Assembly: GCA_015065005.1 (NCBI GenBank)
Contig: SVRE01000005.1
Location: forward strand, 899 to 64,898
Direction of reading: 5' to 3'
DNA from: Oscillospiraceae bacterium
GTDB lineage: Bacteria; Bacillota; Clostridia; Oscillospirales; CAG-272
DNA: 64,000 nt
The position numbers and the translations under genes were made by a program. Below are positions 57,904 to 64,000 of the stretch, piece after piece (positions within the stretch are counted from its first letter, which is position 1; the number at the start of each line of letters is the position of its first letter). The notes below the pieces were generated by a model. It did not search any database. It was given only the letters and a program-made list of their open reading frames with translations, and was not told the DNA's origin.

Positions 57904-60900
57904 ATGGTCAAAGAACAAAAGCTTGGCAAAAACACGAGAATGAGCTTTGCTAAAATTAACGAGCTCTGTGAAATGCCGAACCTCATCGATGTTCAGAAGG
58001 AGTCCTTCCAATGGTTTCTTGAAAAGGGAATCAAGGAGGTTCTTCACGATGTATCTCCTATAACAGATCATTCTGAGGATCTTTGCATTGAGTTTGTATC
58101 CTACACACTTGATGTAAACAAGCCAAAGTATCCTGTTGAAGAGTGCAAAATCAGAGATGTTAACTACGCAGCTCCCCTAAGAGTTAATGTTCGTTTGTCA
58201 AACCGTTTGACAGGCGAGGTTAAGGAGCATGAGGTGTTCATGGGTGATTTCCCACTTATGACAGACAACGGTACCTTTGTTATCAACGGTGCTGAGCGTG
58301 TTGTTGTATCTCAAATTGTACGTTCACCCGGAATGTACTACGACTACTCAATAGATAAAACAGGTATTCACAACTATTCTGCTCAGGTTATCCCATACCG
58401 TGGTGCATGGCTCGAGTATGAAACCGATGCATCTAATGTATTCCATGTTCACATTGATAAGAACAGAAAGATGCCTGTAACAGTGTTTATCCGTGCTCTC
58501 GGTATTGAAACAGCTGAGGAAATCAAGGATATGTTCGGTGAAAAGTTTATGACACCAACACTTGAAAAGGATGACAGTGAAAAGCTTGCTATGGAATTCG
58601 GCACATCTATTCAGGAGGAGGCTCTTAAGGAAATCTATAAGAGACACCGCCCTGGTGAGCCTGCTAACGTAGAAAGCGCCAAGACCCTTATTCATAACTA
58701 TTTCTTTGATGGCAAGAGATATGACTTGTATCCTGTTGGCCGCTATAAGTTCAATGAAAAGCTTGCTATTTCAAAGCGTATTCTTGGCTTAACACTTTCA
58801 CGTCCTGTTGTAAGTAATTTGACAGGTGAAATCATTTGTGAGCCGGGTAAGGTAATTACAAAAGAGGATATTGAGCTTATTGATTCAAACTGCGTAAACG
58901 AGGTTTATGTAATTGCAACCGAGAAGGAAACAGGTAACCCTGTTGAGCTTAAAATCTTCGGTAACGGTACAGTTGACCCTAAGTATTTGCTTGGTGAAAA
59001 CTGGAGAGACGGTCTTGAGGACTTTGGTGTTAGCGAAAAGCTTCACTTTGAAAATCTTCAGGCTATTATCAATGAGTGCGGCGGCGACAGAGAGGCTATA
59101 ATCGAAAAGATTAAGTACTCAACTGAGGAGCTTTGTCCGAAGCACATCACAAAGGAGGATATTTTGTCCTCAATTTCTTATATGATTGGTCTTGACTACA
59201 ACATTGGTAAGAAGGACGATATCGACCACTTGGGTAACAGACGTTTACGTTGCGTTGGTGAGCTTTTGCAGAACCAGCTTCGTATCGGTATGTCCCGTAT
59301 GGAAAAGATAATCAGAGAAAGACTTACAACACAAAGCGCTGAGGACCTTTCTCCAAAAACTTTGGTTAACATAAGACCTGTTGCAACCGCAATCCGTGAG
59401 TTCTTTGGTTCTTCCCCACTTTCACAGTTTATGGACCAGAATAACCCACTTGCAGAAATTACACATAAGCGCCGTATTTCAGCTCTTGGTCCTGGCGGTT
59501 TGTCAAGAGATAGGGCTGGCTTTGAGGTTCGTGACGTTCACTATACCCACTACGGTAGAATGTGTCCTGTTGAAACACCTGAAGGTCCAAACATCGGTCT
59601 TATTTCTTACCTTTCAACATATGCAAAAATTGATAAATATGGCTTTATTGAGGCTCCATACCGTAAAATCATTGACGGTGTAGTAACAGATGAGGTTGTT
59701 TACTTAACCGCTGATGAGGAGGATGGACACGTTATCGCTCAGGCTTATGAGGAGCTTGATGAAAACAGACGCTTCGTAAAGAAAAAGATTATCGCTCGTG
59801 AGAGAAGCGAAATCTTGGAAACAGACTCAGACAGAGCAGAGTATATGGACGTTTCTCCTAAGATGGTTGTATCAGTTGCTACCGCAATGATACCGTTTAT
59901 TGAAAATGATGACAATGCTCGTGCGCTCATGGGTTCAAACATGCAGAAGCAGGCAGTTCCGCTCCTTACCTCCGATTCTCCAATCGTTGGTACAGGTATG
60001 GAATATAAGGCAGCTATTGACTCCGGTGTTGTTGTTCTTGCAAAGGAAAACGGTACTGTTGAGGAAGTAGATGCAACACACATTGTTATAAAGAACGACA
60101 AGGGCTTAAAGGACAGATATGAGCTTATTAAGTTCAAGAGATCCAACCAGGGTAACTGTGTAAACCAGAAGCCGATTGTTAAGGTTGGTGAGAGCGTAAT
60201 CAAGGGTCAGGTTATTGCTGACGGTCCTGCTACCTCCAACGGTGAGATTTCCCTTGGTAAGAATGCACTTATCGGCTTTATGACTTGGGAGGGTTATAAC
60301 TACGAGGACGCGGTTCTTTTGAACGAAAAGCTTATCCGCGATGACGTTTATACTTCTATTCATATTGAAGAATATTCACAGGAAGCAAGAGATACAAAGC
60401 TCGGTCCTGAAGAAATTACAAGAGAAATTCCAAACGTTGGTGAGGATGCTCTTAAGAACCTTGATGAAAACGGTATAGTTAGAATCGGTTCTGAGGTTAA
60501 GGCTCACAGCATTCTTGTAGGTAAGGTAACACCAAAGGGCGAAACTGAGCTTACAGCTGAGGAAAGATTGCTTCGTGCTATCTTCGGTGAAAAGTCAAGA
60601 GACGTTCGTGATACATCTCTCCGCTTGAAGAACGGTGAGGCTGGTATAGTTGTTGACGTTAAGGTATTCTCCCGTGAAAACGGTGATGAATCCTTATCCC
60701 CTGGAGTACACAAGGTAGTTAAGGTTTACGTAGCGCAGAAGAGAAAAATATCTGTTGGTGACAAGATGGCTGGTCGTCACGGTAACAAGGGTGTTATTTC
60801 AAGAATACTCCCACCGGAGGATATGCCATATCTTGCAGACGGTACACCGCTTGATATCGTTCTTAACCCACTCGGCGTTCCTTCACGTATGAATATCGGT

Positions 60901-61791
60901 CAGGTTCTTGAGGTGCATCTTGGTATTGCAGCTAAGAAGCTTGGCTGGAAGATAATGACACCTGTATTTGACGGTGCAAAGGAGCAGGATATCTTTGAAT
61001 GTCTTAAGATGGCAGGACTTTGGAGAAAGGTATTGCCTAACGAAAACACAGACGGTAAGGACTTGTTTGAGGAAGTAGTAAGAGAAGACGGCAAGAAGGA
61101 TATCCAAAAGCTGGATAAGGAAACAAGAAATGACCCTGAAGCAATTAAGAAGCTTTATGAAGAAGATAAGCTTAGAATTTGTGACGGTAAGACAATCCTT
61201 TATGATGGACGTACAGGTGAAGCATTTGATAACCCTGTAACAGTTGGTATTATGTACTACTTAAAGCTCCATCACTTGGTTGATGATAAGATTCACGCAC
61301 GTTCCACAGGTCCTTACTCACTGGTAACTCAGCAGCCTCTCGGTGGTAAAGCACAGTTTGGTGGTCAGCGTTTCGGTGAAATGGAAGTTTGGGCACTTGA
61401 AGCGTACGGTGCTGCATATACTCTCCAGGAAATCCTGACTGTAAAGAGTGATGACGTTCTTGGTAGAACAAAGGCATTTGAGGCAATCGTTAAGGGCCAG
61501 AATATCCCAACTCCTGGTGTACCTGAATCATTTAAGGTTCTTGTTAAGGAGCTTCAGGCACTTGCCCTTGATATTACAGTTCTTGATAAGGATGGAAATG
61601 AAATAGAGCTTTCTAACCTTGGTGAGGAAGAGCTTGAGCCAATGAATATTGTAGCTCCTGTTGAGGAAGCGCATGAGGAAGAGGCTCACGAGGAATATGA
61701 GGAAGAGTACGAGGAAGAGTACGAGGAAGAGTACGATGACTCAGAGGAAGCCTATGAAGAAGAAGGCAACTTCGACGATTTTGATGACTGA
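57904..61791 (+). CDS. rpoB: RNA polymerase beta subunit
   Basis: [55 protein letters not shown] and [12 protein letters not shown]. Confidence 0.99.
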   Translation: MVKEQKLGKNTRMSFAKINELCEMPNLIDVQKESFQWFLEKGIKEVLHDVSPITDHSEDLCIEFVSYTLDVNKPKYPVEECKIRDVNYAAPLRVNVRLSNRLTGEVKEHEVFMGDFPLMTDNGTFVINGAERVVVSQIVRSPGMYYDYSIDKTGIHNYSAQVIPYRGAWLEYETDASNVFHVHIDKNRKMPVTVFIRALGIETAEEIKDMFGEKFMTPTLEKDDSEKLAMEFGTSIQEEALKEIYKRHRPGEPANVESAKTLIHNYFFDGKRYDLYPVGRYKFNEKLAISKRILGLTLSRPVVSNLTGEIICEPGKVITKEDIELIDSNCVNEVYVIATEKETGNPVELKIFGNGTVDPKYLLGENWRDGLEDFGVSEKLHFENLQAIINECGGDREAIIEKIKYSTEELCPKHITKEDILSSISYMIGLDYNIGKKDDIDHLGNRRLRCVGELLQNQLRIGMSRMEKIIRERLTTQSAEDLSPKTLVNIRPVATAIREFFGSSPLSQFMDQNNPLAEITHKRRISALGPGGLSRDRAGFEVRDVHYTHYGRMCPVETPEGPNIGLISYLSTYAKIDKYGFIEAPYRKIIDGVVTDEVVYLTADEEDGHVIAQAYEELDENRRFVKKKIIARERSEILETDSDRAEYMDVSPKMVVSVATAMIPFIENDDNARALMGSNMQKQAVPLLTSDSPIVGTGMEYKAAIDSGVVVLAKENGTVEEVDATHIVIKNDKGLKDRYELIKFKRSNQGNCVNQKPIVKVGESVIKGQVIADGPATSNGEISLGKNALIGFMTWEGYNYEDAVLLNEKLIRDDVYTSIHIEEYSQEARDTKLGPEEITREIPNVGEDALKNLDENGIVRIGSEVKAHSILVGKVTPKGETELTAEERLLRAIFGEKSRDVRDTSLRLKNGEAGIVVDVKVFSRENGDESLSPGVHKVVKVYVAQKRKISVGDKMAGRHGNKGVISRILPPEDMPYLADGTPLDIVLNPLGVPSRMNIGQVLEVHLGIAAKKLGWKIMTPVFDGAKEQDIFECLKMAGLWRKVLPNENTDGKDLFEEVVREDGKKDIQKLDKETRNDPEAIKKLYEEDKLRICDGKTILYDGRTGEAFDNPVTVGIMYYLKLHHLVDDKIHARSTGPYSLVTQQPLGGKAQFGGQRFGEMEVWALEAYGAAYTLQEILTVKSDDVLGRTKAFEAIVKGQNIPTPGVPESFKVLVKELQALALDITVLDKDGNEIELSNLGEEELEPMNIVAPVEEAHEEEAHEEYEEEYEEEYEEEYDDSEEAYEEEGNFDDFDD

Positions 61792-61827
61792 TACTAAATC
61801 TAAAATACTAAAAGAAGGAAAATGCTG

Positions 61828-64000
61828 ATGGAACATACATTTGATTCTATAAAAATAGGTCTTGCTTCTCCGGAAAAAATACTTAGCTGGTCCTCAGGTG
61901 AGGTAACAAAGCCTGAAACAATCAACTATCGTACACAAAAGCCGGAAAAGGACGGTCTTTTCTGTGAGAAAATCTTTGGTCCAACAAAGGACTGGGAATG
62001 CTCTTGCGGAAAGTATAAGCGCTCTCGTCATAAGGGACACAGATGTGAAAAGTGCGGCGTTGAGGTAACAACCAAGAAGGTTCGCCGTGAGAGAATGGGT
62101 CATATTTCACTTGCATGCCCTGTTTCACACATTTGGTATTTCAAGGCAATCCCATCAAGAATGGGCCTTGTGCTTGACATTTCACCAAAGGCACTTGAAA
62201 GTGTACTTTATTTCGTGCAGAGAATAGTTATTGATCCGGGCGATACTCCTTTGGCGAAGTATCAGCTCCTCAGTGACAATGAATATAATATGTACTACGA
62301 AAAGTACGGCGACCGTTTCGTTGCTGAAATGGGCGCAGAGGCAATCAAGAAGCTTCTTGCGGAAATTGACGTTGAGGCTGTTTCCAAGGAGCTTAAGGAA
62401 GAGCTTTTAAAGGCATCAGGTCAGAAGAAGGTTAGAATTATTAAAAGACTTGAAATCATTGAAGCATTCAGAAAGTCAAATAACAGACCGGAATGGATGA
62501 TTCTTGATGTAATTCCTGTAATTCCACCGGACATCAGACCAATGGTACCGCTTGACGGTGGCAGATATGCCGCTTCCGACTTGAACGATCTTTATCGTAG
62601 AGTAATTACAAGAAACAATCGTTTGAAGAAGCTTATCGAGCTTCATACCCCTGATATCATCGTTAAAAACGAGAAGAGAATGCTTCAGCAGGCTGTTGAC
62701 GCACTTATCGACAACGGTAAGCACGGTAAGCCTGTTACAGGTCCAAACACACGTACCTTGAAGTCTCTTTCCGAAATGCTTCGCGGTAAGCAGGGTAGAT
62801 TTAGACAGAACCTTCTCGGTAAGCGTGTTGACTATTCAGGACGTTCCGTTATCGTAGTAGGTCCTAACCTTAAGATTTATCAATGTGGCTTGCCAAGGGA
62901 AATGGCTCTTGAGCTTTTCAAGCCATTTGTAATGAAGCGTCTTGTTGAAACAGGCAAGGCAGCTAACATAAAGGAAGCAAAGAGAAATGTTGAGCAGGTT
63001 GTGGACGATGTTTGGGACGCACTTGAAAACGTAATTAAAGAGCATCCTGTTCTTTTGAACCGTGCGCCAACACTTCACCGTCTTTCAATTCAGGCGTTCG
63101 AGCCTGTGCTTGTAGAGGGTAGAGCAATCAGACTTCACCCACTCGTATGTAAAGCCTTCAACGCTGACTTTGACGGTGACCAGATGCCTGTTCACGTGCC
63201 ACTTTCCAGTGAGGCTCAGGCAGAGGCAAGATTCTTAATGCTCTCTGCAAACAACCTCTTAAAGCCTGTTGACGGTAAGGCTATTGCAGTACCATCACAG
63301 GATATGGTCCTTGGTTCCTTCTACTTAACTCTTGACAGAGCCGGTGAAAAGGGTGAGGGTAATATATACCGTAACTTTGATGAGGCAATGATGGCTTATG
63401 ATAATAAGGATCTTGACCTTCACGCGCCAATTAAGGTAAGAGTTGAAAAGGAAATCAACGGTGAAAAGAAATCAAAGATTATTGATGCAACACTTGGCCG
63501 TCTTATCTTCAATAAGCAGATCCCACAGGACCTTGGCTATGTTGACAGAGACGTAGATCCATTCGGTCTTGAAATCGACTTCGTTGCAGGAAGTAAGCAG
63601 CTTTCTCAAATCGTTGACCGTACAATCAAGATTCACGGCTTTACAAAGGCTGCTGAGGTTCTTGACCATATTAAGGAAATGGGTTACAAGTACTCAACAA
63701 GAGCATCCCTTTCCATTTCCGTTGCCGATATGACAATTCCTGAGGCTAAGTACACAATCGTTAAGGAGGCAGAGGCTAAGGTTGATGAAATCTTCCAGCA
63801 CTTTAATGACGGTGAGCTTTCTGAGGATGAAAGATATAATTGCGTAATTTCTATTTGGGATAAAGCAACAGATGACGTTATTGCTCAGATTCAGAAGAGC
63901 TTTAACAGATATAACCCAATCAAGATGATGGCGGACTCAGGTGCCCGTGGTAGTATGACACAGATGCGTCAGCTTGCCGGTATGCGTGGACTTATGTTCT
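61828..64000 (+). CDS. rpoC: RNA polymerase beta' subunit (runs off the window)
   Basis: Translated by hand: [52 protein letters not shown] and NADFDGDQM at about 63160. Confidence 0.98.
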   Translation, partial: MEHTFDSIKIGLASPEKILSWSSGEVTKPETINYRTQKPEKDGLFCEKIFGPTKDWECSCGKYKRSRHKGHRCEKCGVEVTTKKVRRERMGHISLACPVSHIWYFKAIPSRMGLVLDISPKALESVLYFVQRIVIDPGDTPLAKYQLLSDNEYNMYYEKYGDRFVAEMGAEAIKKLLAEIDVEAVSKELKEELLKASGQKKVRIIKRLEIIEAFRKSNNRPEWMILDVIPVIPPDIRPMVPLDGGRYAASDLNDLYRRVITRNNRLKKLIELHTPDIIVKNEKRMLQQAVDALIDNGKHGKPVTGPNTRTLKSLSEMLRGKQGRFRQNLLGKRVDYSGRSVIVVGPNLKIYQCGLPREMALELFKPFVMKRLVETGKAANIKEAKRNVEQVVDDVWDALENVIKEHPVLLNRAPTLHRLSIQAFEPVLVEGRAIRLHPLVCKAFNADFDGDQMPVHVPLSSEAQAEARFLMLSANNLLKPVDGKAIAVPSQDMVLGSFYLTLDRAGEKGEGNIYRNFDEAMMAYDNKDLDLHAPIKVRVEKEINGEKKSKIIDATLGRLIFNKQIPQDLGYVDRDVDPFGLEIDFVAGSKQLSQIVDRTIKIHGFTKAAEVLDHIKEMGYKYSTRASLSISVADMTIPEAKYTIVKEAEAKVDEIFQHFNDGELSEDERYNCVISIWDKATDDVIAQIQKSFNRYNPIKMMADSGARGSMTQMRQLAGMRGLMF

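Noticed and set aside
61894-63669. Short minus-strand ORFs
   Set aside because: Antisense shadows of rpoC.

Overview
64 kb of chromosome from a low-GC Clostridia-like bacterium (Bacillota). The RpoB 'SSPLSQF' motif and gene content suggest an Oscillospirales-like lineage (inference). Most of the window is housekeeping: thrS (partial, with T-box), THF riboswitch-folT-folC, a small wzm/wzt/priming-GT/GT4 surface-glycan cluster, nfeD-SPFH, mtaB, an RluA-family synthase, an LCP protein, birA-bioY with a BirA box, ung, ThuA-Gfo/Idh/MocA, pantothenate kinase, tRNA-Arg(CCG), fhs-tsaE-tsaB-rpiB-araA, the argGHCJBDF operon, Na/Pi cotransporter, tRNA-Lys(TTT), rnhA, rpsF-ssb-rpsR, rpsT, rpoB and rpoC (partial). 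Four large secreted or lipoprotein repeat proteins are interspersed. No integrase, transposase, cas gene, CRISPR array or reverse transcriptase was found. The most interesting items are: (i) a four-gene His/Cys-rich metal-handling operon behind a Fur-family-like palindrome; (ii) a mini-array of short conserved repeats with hairpin spacers next to tRNA-Arg; (iii) a family of REP-like elements, one with a nested insert, that bracket a lipoprotein gene; (iv) a frameshifted XRE regulator divergent from a BspA-LRR lipoprotein; (v) an LCP protein lacking the usual catalytic arginines; (vi) a structured rpsT leader containing a 12-mer complementary to 16S rRNA. All calls come from reading the sequence and recognising motifs; no database searches were run.
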